Of a stretch of DNA of 64,000 bases, positions 1 through 9,836 are shown piece after piece. The position numbers were made by a program, and so were the translations under genes. Source of the stretch: Nitrospira sp. (GTDB lineage Bacteria; Nitrospirota; Nitrospiria; Nitrospirales; Nitrospiraceae). The notes below the pieces were generated by a model, which searched no databases, was not told the DNA's origin, and saw nothing but the letters and a program-made list of their open reading frames with translations. Every line of letters begins with the position of its first letter. The first letter of the stretch is position 1. The stretch spans positions 17,413-81,412 of the forward strand of contig JAUYAO010000004.1 of the NCBI GenBank assembly GCA_030692565.1, given 5' to 3'.

Positions 1-25
1 AGTGGCTCAGGGATCTGGAGGGGTA

Positions 26-778
26 ATGCCATCTGTCTTATTGACCAAACGAATCGAATTCGCCGCCGCTCACCGCTATATCAAGCCCGAGTGGGATGAG
101 GCGAAGAACCGCGCCGTCTTCGGCCCCTGCTATAACGCGCCTGCGCACGGGCACAATTACATGCTGGAAGTCACCGTCTCCGGCGAGGTGGATCCCAAGA
201 CCGGCATGGTCATCAACTTGTTCGACCTGAAGCAGGTGCTGCTCGCGGTGATCGAAGAATTCGATCACATGAACTTCAACCTGGACCTGCCCTATTTTCG
301 CGACCGAATTCCGACGTCGGAGAACATCGCGCGGGTCCTCTGGACCAAGCTGGCTGCGCAGTCGGATATCGGCACGTTGGATACTATTCGTCTCTACGAA
401 GACGAGGATCTCTATGCGGAAATCACGGCGTCCGGCGGGCTTGATGTGGCCAGCGTCACCCGCCGGTATTCCTTTACGGCGTTGCTCGATGGCCTCCAGG
501 GGCATATGTGGGATTGCTTCGTGTCGGTGCATGGGGCCATCGATCCGGTCACCGGTATGGTGACTGACATTGGGGCGCTGGACCGTCTGGTGCAGGAGCG
601 GGTTGTTCGAGTATGTGATCGGCAGGATCTTAGAGAAATTCTCAAATCCTCTGCCATCAGCGGTGCGCACCTGGCCGAGTACATCTGGCACGCACTCGTG
701 ACCCGTCTCTCACCCGCGGCATTAAAGAATATTCGCGTCGTGCAGTCGCGCGATCTTTCCTTCGACTACAACGGGTAG
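26..778 (+). CDS. queD: 6-carboxytetrahydropterin synthase / PTPS-family protein, tandem two-domain form
   Basis: ORF 2..778. The N-terminal half has the QueD/PTPS signature (RIEFAAAHRY ... GPCYNAPAHGHNY). The second half looks like a degenerate repeat of the fold. GGAGGGG lies just upstream of the ATG at 26. Confidence 0.75.
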   Translation: MPSVLLTKRIEFAAAHRYIKPEWDEAKNRAVFGPCYNAPAHGHNYMLEVTVSGEVDPKTGMVINLFDLKQVLLAVIEEFDHMNFNLDLPYFRDRIPTSENIARVLWTKLAAQSDIGTLDTIRLYEDEDLYAEITASGGLDVASVTRRYSFTALLDGLQGHMWDCFVSVHGAIDPVTGMVTDIGALDRLVQERVVRVCDRQDLREILKSSAISGAHLAEYIWHALVTRLSPAALKNIRVVQSRDLSFDYNG

Positions 779-784
779 GTTCGT

Positions 785-1264
785 ATGGGATTCCAGCCGC
801 TGTGGATCATTCTTCTTGCCGGGTCGCTCGGGTGGAGTCTGTCCGCATGGGCCGGGCAGGATGAAGAGGCTGTTCAGCGCGTGGTCACGCAGGCCGTCGC
901 CGGCACCGCGACCTTTTCAGAGTCGCGAGACAAGCAGTCGGTGTTGATGCTGTACACGGACGATTATGTGGGGAGTCAGGATGGTCAGCCGGAAACCAAG
1001 GCGGCGATCGAACAATGGTTGAGCGACTATGAGTCGGAGTTGAAGCAGGGCAATCGATTGCGGTTCATCGGAGCGGTGTCGAATCTCAGGACCGGTCGTG
1101 ACGGGTCGACAGCCTGGGCGATCTACGACTATGTGTTTCAAGCCATCAGAGATGGTGAGATCGAGGGGCAAGACGCCGGCACCTGTACCAGCCTCTTGCG
1201 TAAAGAGAATTTAGTCTGGCGTATTTTCCACGATCACTGTTCGAAGTCGAAACCCACAAGATAA
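785..1264 (+). CDS. secreted SnoaL-like / DUF4440 (NTF2-fold) protein
   Basis: Signal-peptide-like N-terminus (LWIILLAGSLGWSLSAWA). The composition of the remainder is typical of SnoaL/DUF4440. The function call is tentative. Confidence 0.55.
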   Translation: MGFQPLWIILLAGSLGWSLSAWAGQDEEAVQRVVTQAVAGTATFSESRDKQSVLMLYTDDYVGSQDGQPETKAAIEQWLSDYESELKQGNRLRFIGAVSNLRTGRDGSTAWAIYDYVFQAIRDGEIEGQDAGTCTSLLRKENLVWRIFHDHCSKSKPTR

Positions 1265-1330
1265 GTCCGCCAAGGCTAGGTGCCGGAGAACGGGCGATCG
1301 GGAAGGTTGCCGAGCTCGCCTGCCGGATCA

Positions 1331-2839
1331 CTACTCTGCGTTTAGGATCTCCTGCACCTTCTCGATCAGCGTCGTCGGGAGGAACGGTTTCTGGAGAAAG
1401 GGCGTGTCTTCGTGTATTCCGCTGGTCTCCAGCGTCTCTCCCGCATAGCCTGACATATAGAGGATCCGCGCCTCCGGTTGCATCGCTTTTACGCCTTCTA
1501 CCAGCACCGTACTCTTCATGCGAGGCATGATCACATCCGTTACCAGTAGATGACAAAGACCTTTGTGGAGTTGGAGTTGCTGCAGGGCTTGGATGCCGTC
1601 GCCGGCGACCAGCACGTGGTATCCCTGGTCTTGAAGAACGGTGGCCATCAGCGTGCGAATGCTGTCATCGTCTTCGACGAGGAGAATGGTTTCCCGTGTC
1701 GTTACCGGCGCCATGGCGGATCGGGTCGCTGCGAGTGAAGCGCCAGATTGTTCGACCCGAGGCAAATACACGGTAAATCGGGTGCCCTGTCCAGGCTGGC
1801 TGGTGACATCGATGTAGCCCTGGCTTTGTTTGAGAATGCCGTAGACGGTCGCCAGTCCAAGGCCGGTTCCTTTGTCAGGTCCTTTGGTTGTGAAGAAGGG
1901 CTCGAAAATATGAGACAGCGTCTCCTGGTCCATTCCGCATCCGGCGTCTTGGACGAGAATTTTGACGAAGGAGCCTACTCTTGCGCCGGGATGAAGGCGA
2001 ACGAAGTGTTCATCGAGGTCAATGCAATCAGTCTCGATATTCAGTAACCCTCCGCCCGGCATCGCATCGCGGGCGTTCACGGCCAGATTCATAAGGATTT
2101 GTTGGAGCTGGACCGGATCCATCATGGCATGTCCGGCTTCAGGATGGAGCACGACGACCATCTGGATATGCTCACCGATGATCCGCTGCAGCAGATCTTC
2201 CATCTCTCTGACGGAAGCATTGATGTCCAGTTCCTTGGGCTCGAACACCTGGCGCCGGCTGAACGTCAGAAGCTTTTTGGTGAGGGCGGCAGCGCGCAGG
2301 CCGGCCTGGCTGATCAACTCGATTTCTCGTTTCGCCGGATGCGCGGCCAATTGCTGCAGCAGCCGGTGGGCATGACCGATGACCACCATCATCAGATTAT
2401 TGAAGTCGTGGGCGATACCGCCGGCGAGCCGACCGATGGCCTCCATTTTTTGCGACTGCTGGAGCGCCTGTGCGGTGCGTTTGTATTCGGTGATATCCGT
2501 GATCGTTTCAATGATGTGGGTGCGGCCGTCGGTAGTCGGTGCCTTCGCCCAATGGACAAGCAGGAATTGATTGCCGGGCAGGGGGACCTCGCTGGAAACG
2601 ACCGTGTCACTTGCCATCGCTTCGGGCATCCGGCAAAAGTCGCAGGGGGTCCGGCACCCGGCGATCTTGTCGTAGCAGGCTTTCCCTGCAACATCGCCGA
2701 ATTTCTTGAGCCCGGTCTGGTTCTGGAATTGGATCTGATGTGTCGACGGGTCGATGACCGTCACGATGACGGGCTGCGAATTGAGCAGGACCTGCGCATC
2801 ATACTGCGGAAATCCGGAGCCGTGAGAGGGAGAGGCCAT
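1331..2839 (-). CDS. hybrid sensor histidine kinase / response regulator (PAS-HisKA-HATPase-REC)
   Basis: H-box IAHDFNNLM, N/G boxes (NLAVNARDAMPGGG, GTGLGLATV) and a C-terminal REC (ILLVEDDD ... LLVTDVIMP). The ORF opens at 2908; I prefer the ATG at 2839 (MASPSHG). Confidence 0.85.
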   Translation of the reverse strand: MASPSHGSGFPQYDAQVLLNSQPVIVTVIDPSTHQIQFQNQTGLKKFGDVAGKACYDKIAGCRTPCDFCRMPEAMASDTVVSSEVPLPGNQFLLVHWAKAPTTDGRTHIIETITDITEYKRTAQALQQSQKMEAIGRLAGGIAHDFNNLMMVVIGHAHRLLQQLAAHPAKREIELISQAGLRAAALTKKLLTFSRRQVFEPKELDINASVREMEDLLQRIIGEHIQMVVVLHPEAGHAMMDPVQLQQILMNLAVNARDAMPGGGLLNIETDCIDLDEHFVRLHPGARVGSFVKILVQDAGCGMDQETLSHIFEPFFTTKGPDKGTGLGLATVYGILKQSQGYIDVTSQPGQGTRFTVYLPRVEQSGASLAATRSAMAPVTTRETILLVEDDDSIRTLMATVLQDQGYHVLVAGDGIQALQQLQLHKGLCHLLVTDVIMPRMKSTVLVEGVKAMQPEARILYMSGYAGETLETSGIHEDTPFLQKPFLPTTLIEKVQEILNAE

Positions 2840-2980
2840 CGGTTCGTTCCAATGACAGGTGTCGAGGCCGCTGGCGGTGCATGCCCCGTGACTGACTCGA
2901 CAGTACACCAGGCCCCGGACGAGTCAAGAAGTTCGTCGGTTCCGGTCTGTTCCTAAGGAGAACGAGGCAGGCTGTGGGAG

Positions 2981-3313
2981 CTACTTGGTAAGGTGATCTG
3001 AAATGAGTGCCGCGAGTTCAGCCGGCTCGACCACGCCTTCGCGGGTCAGGAGGAGCTTGCCGTTCGAGAAGAAGTGCGTCGTGGGGTACGTTTCAAACGT
3101 GTGGGTCTTTTTAATCTCCCGGCAGCGGCCAGGGACATGCATCTTGGCCTTGCCGACCTTGATGCCAGGAAACTTTGCCGCGGTTTCTTCGAGAATAGGG
3201 TCATAGGTCTTGCAGGGTTCGCAGGTGGCGAGTCCATAGGCGACGACGGCACCGGGACTGTCGGTGAACTCTTTGTAGTTCTCATCTCGGACGTCTTCGA
3301 CGGTTCCTGCCAT
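2981..3313 (-). CDS. thioredoxin-fold protein with atypical C-E-P-C active site
   Basis: 110 aa with motif GLATCEPCKTYDP. AGGAGG lies upstream of the ATG. Confidence 0.7.
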   Translation of the reverse strand: MAGTVEDVRDENYKEFTDSPGAVVAYGLATCEPCKTYDPILEETAAKFPGIKVGKAKMHVPGRCREIKKTHTFETYPTTHFFSNGKLLLTREGVVEPAELAALISDHLTK

Positions 3314-3333
3314 GATCCTGCCTCCTAAAATGA

Positions 3334-3364
3334 AAGGGGAGGGTTCTCTCGAACGCCTCCCCTT
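3334..3364 (-). terminator. stem-loop between the peroxiredoxin and thioredoxin-like genes
   Basis: On the minus strand the sequence is AAGGGGAGG-13 nt-CCTCCCCTT followed by TCATTTT. This is a perfect 9-bp stem. It sits directly before the AGGAGG RBS of the downstream gene. Confidence 0.5.
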
Positions 3365-3377
3365 CCGGTTTCACAAG

Positions 3378-3848
3378 CTAGCTGAGCTTCGCCAGTGCTT
3401 CGAGGATATCCTTGTCCTCGCGGGCAACCTTGATTTCCTGCACTTTTGCGTAGGCCACCTTGCCGTTCTTGTCGACAATGACGGTGGCGCGCTTGGAGCA
3501 GTTCAACGGCTCGAAATAGAGGCCGTAGGCCTTGCACGTAGTCCGGTGCACGTCGGACAGCAGGCGGTGCTTGAGGTCCATGGAATCCGCCCAGGCCTTG
3601 TGCGAGAAGAAGCTGTCGCAGCTGATGCCGAAGAGTTCGGCGTTCGCGTTCTGGAACTTGGGGAAGTCATCGGTCAAGCACTTGTTCTCCCCCTGGCAAA
3701 CCGGGCTCCAGTCCAGCGGGTAGAAGGCCAGCACGACGTTTTTCTTGCCGCGATAGTCGCTCAGCTTCACGTCCTTCTGATCCTGGTCCTTCAGGTTAAA
3801 ATCCGGGGCGGTATCGCCGACCTTAATTTCTGCGGCTACATCACTCAT
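3378..3848 (-). CDS. peroxiredoxin (AhpC/TSA family, BCP/AhpE-like)
   Basis: [13 protein letters not shown] peroxidatic-Cys motif; 156 aa. Confidence 0.85.
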   Translation of the reverse strand: MSDVAAEIKVGDTAPDFNLKDQDQKDVKLSDYRGKKNVVLAFYPLDWSPVCQGENKCLTDDFPKFQNANAELFGISCDSFFSHKAWADSMDLKHRLLSDVHRTTCKAYGLYFEPLNCSKRATVIVDKNGKVAYAKVQEIKVAREDKDILEALAKLS

Positions 3849-4028
3849 TGCTATGCCTCCTTATGAGAATATCGCTATCTGTGGGCGTATTTGAGGTCTC
3901 AGATTGAGAGAACCCCCCTGTGGAAACCTTGAACTTTGTACCTTGTGGTTTGAAAGATTGTCAACGGGCCTGAAGGCCTACAGCGATAGGCCTATGAGCT
4001 GTAACAGGCTGAACTTAAAGCGTTTTGC

Positions 4029-4778
4029 CTATCCCTGGAGCTCACGGAACCCGATCATTCGGCCGGCAGGGGATGCGGTGCGGTAATTGACGATCCGGAT
4101 CGTCCGGCCCAGTAACGGGAGGCAAAAGGCCGTGCCGACTTTGGGGGATTGCCCGATGCGGAGCAACTCCGTGGCGGACTCGGTCAGCAAGTCTTTCGCA
4201 GCACTTTCGGGGATCCCTTTGCCATAGAACGTTTCGATCTCGTCCAAGCCGAATTTGGTCAGTCCCATCGTGTGACACCAGACCTGGTCCGGTTTGGCCT
4301 GGTCGTCGTGCACGATGGCGACATGGTCGTCGGCCAGAAAGCTGGTCATCGCTCGATTCTGCCAGTCCGAGGGATTCAGATACGCTTGCGTGGTGACATC
4401 ATAGGCCGTGCCCTGTGTCAGCAGCGTGAGGCCGCGCGCGAGGCGGGCCGCGAACAAGACCAGGTCAGGCATATCCCGATTGGGCATGAGTGTGGGCGCG
4501 ACGGCTCCCATCTGGTCGTGTTCCCAGGCCAGGTTCTTCATGATATCGCCGGTGTGAGTGGCCGGCAGGGGCATCACGACGTGAGCGGACCAGGGGCCGT
4601 GGGTGGCCTGCCAGGACTCTGGCGCTCCAGCCTCCGGTTGAATCGCAAGCGGGCCGCCGTATTCGCGATCGTGCCAGATCGCGATTTCATCGAGTCCTGG
4701 CGCGGTGCCGCGATAGCCGATGAAATAGAGCGGCGGGCGTTTGGCTGACGGCTTGGGGATTTTTTTCTTGATACGCAT
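4029..4778 (-). CDS. hypothetical protein (possibly DUF4261-like)
   Basis: ORF 4029..4886 would overlap the typA 3' end. The ATG at 4778 (MRIKKK) removes that overlap. The motif HTMGLTKFGLDEIE resembles DUF4261, from memory only. Confidence 0.5.
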   Translation of the reverse strand: MRIKKKIPKPSAKRPPLYFIGYRGTAPGLDEIAIWHDREYGGPLAIQPEAGAPESWQATHGPWSAHVVMPLPATHTGDIMKNLAWEHDQMGAVAPTLMPNRDMPDLVLFAARLARGLTLLTQGTAYDVTTQAYLNPSDWQNRAMTSFLADDHVAIVHDDQAKPDQVWCHTMGLTKFGLDEIETFYGKGIPESAAKDLLTESATELLRIGQSPKVGTAFCLPLLGRTIRIVNYRTASPAGRMIGFRELQG

Positions 4779-4791
4779 CGTCGACGGCTCG

Positions 4792-6651
4792 CTATTTGCC
4801 GGATTTCTTAGCTCGGCGGCGTTCATCCGCATTGAGCAACCGTTTGCGCAGGCGGAGGTTGAGCGGAGTAATTTCCACCAATTCATCCGGTCCGATATAT
4901 TCCAAGGCGAATTCCAGGCTCATCTCCCGTGGCGGGGTAAGCACCAACGCTTCATCGGTTCCTGATGCCCGCATGTTGGAGAGGTGCTTTTCCTTGCAGA
5001 CGTTCACGTCCAGATCTTCGTCCCGGCTGTTTTCGCCGATCACCATGCCGCGATAGACCTCGACGCCCGGGCCGATGAACATGGTGCCCCGTTCCTGCGT
5101 CATGAAGATAGCGTAGCCGGTGCTGGTGCCGTCTTCGTGCGCCACGAGGGATCCGTGCGGTGCGACCATCAAATCCCGCTCTTCGGCCGGCTCATAGGCG
5201 GCAAATACGTGATGCATGATGATCGTGCCGCGGGTTTTGGCCAGCAAGAGGTTCTTGAGGCCCATGATGCCGCGCGTCGGGATATGGTATTCGAGATGCA
5301 TTTCGCTGGTGCCGACATCGGAATGGATGAGGCGCATATGGCGCAGTTCGCCTCGGCGCTTCCCCATCTCTTCGATGACCGTCCCCTGGTAGGTCTCGGG
5401 GACTTGGATCGTGAGTTCTTCGTACGGTTCCGTGGCTTTGCCGTTGGCATCGCGGTGGATGATGACCTCGGGTTGCGAGACCTGGAGTTCGTACCCTTCG
5501 CGCCGCATCTGTTCGATCAAGACGCCGAGGTGGAGTTCTCCGCGGCCGGCGACGAGGAACCGGTCGGCGCTGTCGGTTTCATGCACGCGCAAGGACACGT
5601 TCGTTTCGAGTTCTTTGAAGAGCCGATCCCGCAAGTGGCGAGACGTCAAATACTTTCCTTCGCGTCCGGCAAACGGGCTGTTATTGACGGAGAAGCTCAT
5701 TTGGACGGTCGGTTCATCGATCGTCACGCGGGGCAAGGCAATCGGATTTTCCGCATCGGCGATCGTATCACCGATGCTCACCTCATCGAGGCCTGCGACA
5801 GCCACGATCTCTCCGGCTGCCGCCTGATCGGCATCGACCCGTTCAAGGCCGGAGTACACAGCCAGGTCGGATACCTTCCCGAGGGTTTGGGCGCCGTCTT
5901 TCCCGAGCAGCATGACGGGCTGCCGTCGGGCGATGGAGCCGGATTGAATCTTCCCGATGCCCATCTTGCCTTTGTAGGGATCCTGAACGAGGGCCAGGAC
6001 CAGAATTTGGAGCGGGGCTTCGGCATTGATGGCCGGTGCGGGAATTTTTTCCAGAACCGTGTCCAGCAACGGCGTAATGTCTGTCCCGGGCTTATTCACA
6101 TCCAGCGTCGCCTGGCCCTTGATGGCGGCGGCATAGACGATCGGGAAGTCGAGTTGTTCGTCGGTGGCGCCCAGGTGGACGAACAGATCGAACGTGCGAT
6201 TCACGACGTCGTCGATCACGGCATCGGGCCGATCGATCTTATTGATCACGACGATGGCCTTATGCCCGAGCGCGAGTGCCTTGCGCAGCACGAACGTCGT
6301 CTGCGGCATGGGCCCTTCTTTGGCGTCGATGAGGATGAGCACGCCGTCGACCATCCGGAGCGTACGCTCGACCTCGCCGCCGAAATCGGCATGCCCCGGC
6401 GTGTCGACGATATTGATTTTGACGCCCTGATAGACGACGCTGGCGTTTTTCGCTCGGATCGTAATGCCGCGCTCACGTTCCTGATCCATCGAGTCCATGA
6501 TGCGCTCGCCCATGTCGTCGATCTTGCGATGGACGTGGGTCTGTCGCAACACCGCATCGACCAAGGTGGTTTTGCCGTGGTCGACGTGTGCGATGATGGC
6601 GATGTTTCGAATATCGGTGCGACGGTCGTGAGGGGCGCGTAGCTGTGTCAT
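4792..6651 (-). CDS. typA: translational GTPase TypA/BipA
   Basis: [31 protein letters not shown] and NKID G-motifs. Length (619 aa) is typical of the family. Confidence 0.95.
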   Translation of the reverse strand: MTQLRAPHDRRTDIRNIAIIAHVDHGKTTLVDAVLRQTHVHRKIDDMGERIMDSMDQERERGITIRAKNASVVYQGVKINIVDTPGHADFGGEVERTLRMVDGVLILIDAKEGPMPQTTFVLRKALALGHKAIVVINKIDRPDAVIDDVVNRTFDLFVHLGATDEQLDFPIVYAAAIKGQATLDVNKPGTDITPLLDTVLEKIPAPAINAEAPLQILVLALVQDPYKGKMGIGKIQSGSIARRQPVMLLGKDGAQTLGKVSDLAVYSGLERVDADQAAAGEIVAVAGLDEVSIGDTIADAENPIALPRVTIDEPTVQMSFSVNNSPFAGREGKYLTSRHLRDRLFKELETNVSLRVHETDSADRFLVAGRGELHLGVLIEQMRREGYELQVSQPEVIIHRDANGKATEPYEELTIQVPETYQGTVIEEMGKRRGELRHMRLIHSDVGTSEMHLEYHIPTRGIMGLKNLLLAKTRGTIIMHHVFAAYEPAEERDLMVAPHGSLVAHEDGTSTGYAIFMTQERGTMFIGPGVEVYRGMVIGENSRDEDLDVNVCKEKHLSNMRASGTDEALVLTPPREMSLEFALEYIGPDELVEITPLNLRLRKRLLNADERRRAKKSGK

Positions 6652-6671
6652 GGTGTTGTGGTCTCGCGGTC

Positions 6672-6699
6672 AAAAAAAGGCGCCTCGACAGTGAGGCGC
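6672..6699 (-). terminator. intrinsic terminator-like hairpin plus U-run downstream of the GT2 gene, inside the typA leader
   Basis: Minus strand reads GCGCCTC-actgtc-GAGGCGCC followed by TTTTTTT. Confidence 0.65.
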
Positions 6700-6707
6700 A
6701 ATCGCGC

Positions 6708-6737
6708 AGTATAGCCGAAGTCTCGTCTCCGGCACAA
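6708..6737 (-). promoter_or_regulatory. candidate sigma-70 promoter for typA
   Basis: Minus strand reads TTGTGC-18 nt-TATACT. Pattern match only. Confidence 0.3.
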
Positions 6738-6774
6738 GCCACGATCTTCAGACCTGTTGGTTTTTCCTACGAGG

Positions 6775-8181
6775 CTACTTACTGTGCCAGGACGCGGTTC
6801 TCGTCATGGCTCCCCACGTCGCTTTTTTGCCGACCATCCAACGATACAACCCGATCAATTTCCAGAGGGAATTCAATTGTCGATAGCCGAAGTTCTCCAA
6901 AATCGCTCCTAGGAGGAGCAGGAGGACGTGTTGAGGTTTCGGATAGACGTGGAAGGACATCTCTTCGAGGAAAAATGCACTGACCGAGAGCAGGATGCCG
7001 AGACTGATGGCGGCCACGAGCAACACAAGCCAGACTTTAAAAGAGACGAAGCCCAGAATGAATCCGACGGTGACGAATACGTAGCCGAAGACTTCGATGG
7101 CCGGGCCCAGCCACTCAAACAGGGCCATAAAAGGAAATGCCAGCCAGCCGACGGCTCCACCCTTGGGATGAAATAAGAGATCGAGATTGTTCGTCAAGCT
7201 CTCACACAGGCCACGCTGCCACCGGATGCGCTGATTCTTGAGTGTCGTGAGGTCTTCCGGGGCCTCGGTCCAGCAAATCGGGTCGGGAGCGAAGGTGATG
7301 CGATAGGGCTTCCCGGCTAGTCGCATGTGCCGGTGGAGCCGCACGACGAGCTCCATGTCCTCGCCGATCGTATCGTGGCGGTAGCCGCCGATGCCGATCA
7401 CGGTGTCCTTATGGAAGAGCCCGAAGGCGCCGGAAATGATGAGCATCGCATTGATCGGAGACCAGCCGAGCCGGCCGAACAGGAAGGCGCGCAGGTATTC
7501 GATGATTTGAAACAGCGCGAGGATATTGGTCGGGAGCCCCACCTTCGTGAGAAATCCGTTCTTCACTTCGCAGCCGTTGGCGACGCGGACGGTGCCGCCG
7601 CAGGCGATGGTGTGGGGGTCGTCCAGAAAGGGCTGCGCTGCCAGCCGAAGGCTGTCACGTTGGAGGATGGAATCGGCATCGATACAGCAAAATAACGGGT
7701 ACAGCGAAATGTTGATTCCGGCGTTGAGCGAGTCCGCTTTGCCGCCGTTGTCTTTATCGACGACCCGCAGATTGGGCTGTGCCGGGGCGTGGTAGACCGT
7801 TCGGATCGGCTTCGTGGCCAGCCGGGCGTCATAAGCTTCGGGAAAGGGAATCAGGCCGAATTCCTTGATCAGCACGTCCAACGTCGTGTCCTTCGACCCG
7901 TCGTTGATGACCACGATTTCAAATTCAGAATAGCTCAACTGGAGAAGGGATCTGACGGTGGTCGCGATGGTCGCTTCTTCATTGAACGCGGGAACGAGCA
8001 GCGTGATTTGCGGTTCGAACCCGGTGTAACCGTGCGGGAGGCTGTTGAGCGAACGCTCTTCCATGTAGCGCCGCAAATGAATGGCGGCGACGACATCCAG
8101 CATCAAGTATCCTGCGGTCAGGCCGAGAAGGTAGAGCAAGAACAGCCATTCGGAAATCGATATGAGCGCGTCTATCCACAT
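6775..8181 (-). CDS. processive family-2 glycosyltransferase, PgaC/IcaA-like polysaccharide synthase
   Basis: INDGSKD, CIDADS and QRIRWQRG (QxxRW) motifs. TM segments are present at the N-terminus and several at the C-terminus. Confidence 0.85.
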   Translation of the reverse strand: MWIDALISISEWLFLLYLLGLTAGYLMLDVVAAIHLRRYMEERSLNSLPHGYTGFEPQITLLVPAFNEEATIATTVRSLLQLSYSEFEIVVINDGSKDTTLDVLIKEFGLIPFPEAYDARLATKPIRTVYHAPAQPNLRVVDKDNGGKADSLNAGINISLYPLFCCIDADSILQRDSLRLAAQPFLDDPHTIACGGTVRVANGCEVKNGFLTKVGLPTNILALFQIIEYLRAFLFGRLGWSPINAMLIISGAFGLFHKDTVIGIGGYRHDTIGEDMELVVRLHRHMRLAGKPYRITFAPDPICWTEAPEDLTTLKNQRIRWQRGLCESLTNNLDLLFHPKGGAVGWLAFPFMALFEWLGPAIEVFGYVFVTVGFILGFVSFKVWLVLLVAAISLGILLSVSAFFLEEMSFHVYPKPQHVLLLLLGAILENFGYRQLNSLWKLIGLYRWMVGKKATWGAMTRTASWHSK

Positions 8182-8236
8182 CGGTCAGTGTCGTTCCATC
8201 CGCCGTCGGGTCCGCCGATGGAGTGGTACCTCTACC

Positions 8237-9805
8237 ATGTGGTGGAGCTGGACCCTTGCGGCCATGTCGGTCGTGGCCCTGCCGGTACTCGGATACGCAG
8301 AGGACATTTCGGTACCGCTCTCCATTCCCATCCCGCCCGCCGTTTCTGAGATCGAGTTGTCGTATGTCGGTGAACGCACTACTCCAGCCGTGACGCTCAG
8401 TGGTCCGCCTGCTGCCGTGCCCTCTCTTCCTTATCGACCGTTTGTGCCTATTCTTGATCTTCGCGGCCTGTTCGGCGAAGCCCGCCTGTTCGGCTCCTGC
8501 CAAGGACGGCAGACTCGGGCGCAGGAGGGGATCGATCTGCAGCGGGCTCCCGGAAAGGGCCTGCGGTGCGGTCAGCGCATCCCTCTGCATCAGGCAGAAA
8601 TTGCCGTGGATCTCTTGTCTTACGAGACCCTGCGGATTCGTGGGCATGCGACCGGCCGGGTCGTCGTGGCATTGGAAGATCGGGCTGCAGCGCAACGAGA
8701 AGACAATCTCCCGCTTGCCACGGTGACGGGTCCGTTCGATCTCACGCTTCCGCTCAAGGGGATCGGTCGGAAGCTGGATCTCCGTTCACTGACGGCGCTG
8801 GTGGTATCGACGGAGACGGCCGGTGCGCACATTCTGTTTGAACAGATTGAAGCCGTGCAGCCGTCAGTCGTGCCCCGAGGGCCTGTTGGGATCGGATTCT
8901 GGGTGTGGACGTATCGCGAGGCGATCCGTGACCCGAATGCCCTGCTGGCGACCTGTCGGATGCAGGGCTGCTCCAGAGTGCTGATTCAGATGCCGTCTCA
9001 GGCGGATGACGACGGGCTTTGGCGTCACTATGCCAGACTATTGATGACGATGCAGGAGGCCGGGGTGGCGGCATTTGCGCTGGACGGATATCCCGAAGCG
9101 ATTCAGGAACCCCATAAACTCGCCGATAAGATACAGAGGCTCCTGGCCCTGGTGAAACCCGGCGGGATATCCGGGGTTCAGCTTGATATCGAACCCTATC
9201 TCCTGCCGGGCTTTCTGAAGGATGAGGCCCAACTTCGTCGCTATGTCGAGGCGATTGAGACGCTGAAGGACGTCATCGGCGGACGCGTTCGTCTCTCGAT
9301 GGTGATTCCCTTTTGGCTGACGGCGCCGACCCTGGCCGGTCGTCCGTTGGCCTATGCCGTGATGGATCGGGTCGACGAAGTCGCGGTGATGAGTTATCGC
9401 ACTGACTTGGACGAAGTGCAGGACATTGCCGAAGACATCCTGCGCTATGGCGATCTTGTCGAGACACGGGTGTGGCTGGCGGTGGAGACGACTCCGCTCC
9501 CGGTTGAGCAGCATGTGGTGCTGCGCCGTGAGATGGACCCTGACCGGGCTGATGCGATGCTGGACTATGATCGGCGTCTGCTGCAGTGGATGCCACTGCC
9601 AGGGGGATCGAACCTCTCGACCCGTCGGGAGTGGTTCCGCATTCATCACCGATTCACCGTGAGGCCGGAGCGGCTGACCTTTGCCGGCCGTTCACGCGCG
9701 GAGGTGTCCGCCTCGGTGAAGCGGATTGTGGAGATGACCTCACATCCCAGTTTTTCGGGCGTGATCATTCACGACGTGGATGGGTTTCGAGCGCTGCCGG
9801 ACTAA
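8237..9805 (+). CDS. secreted protein with C-terminal glycoside-hydrolase-like (TIM-barrel-like) region
   Basis: The ATG at 8237 gives a signal peptide (MWWSWTLAAMSVVALPVLGYA). The C-terminal half (GFWVWTY ... LDGYPE ... VQLDIEPY ... VAVMSYR) resembles GH-like domains of EPS-processing enzymes. The function call is tentative. Confidence 0.5.
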   Translation: MWWSWTLAAMSVVALPVLGYAEDISVPLSIPIPPAVSEIELSYVGERTTPAVTLSGPPAAVPSLPYRPFVPILDLRGLFGEARLFGSCQGRQTRAQEGIDLQRAPGKGLRCGQRIPLHQAEIAVDLLSYETLRIRGHATGRVVVALEDRAAAQREDNLPLATVTGPFDLTLPLKGIGRKLDLRSLTALVVSTETAGAHILFEQIEAVQPSVVPRGPVGIGFWVWTYREAIRDPNALLATCRMQGCSRVLIQMPSQADDDGLWRHYARLLMTMQEAGVAAFALDGYPEAIQEPHKLADKIQRLLALVKPGGISGVQLDIEPYLLPGFLKDEAQLRRYVEAIETLKDVIGGRVRLSMVIPFWLTAPTLAGRPLAYAVMDRVDEVAVMSYRTDLDEVQDIAEDILRYGDLVETRVWLAVETTPLPVEQHVVLRREMDPDRADAMLDYDRRLLQWMPLPGGSNLSTRREWFRIHHRFTVRPERLTFAGRSRAEVSASVKRIVEMTSHPSFSGVIIHDVDGFRALPD

Positions 9806-9836
9806 GGCTGTATGGCGAGAGGTTGGGCCGCCAGGG

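Noticed and set aside
4984-6642. 552-aa plus-strand ORF
   Set aside because: Entirely antisense to the unambiguous typA gene. Arg/Asp/Gly-rich composition typical of mirror-frame ORFs in high-GC DNA. No recognisable motifs.
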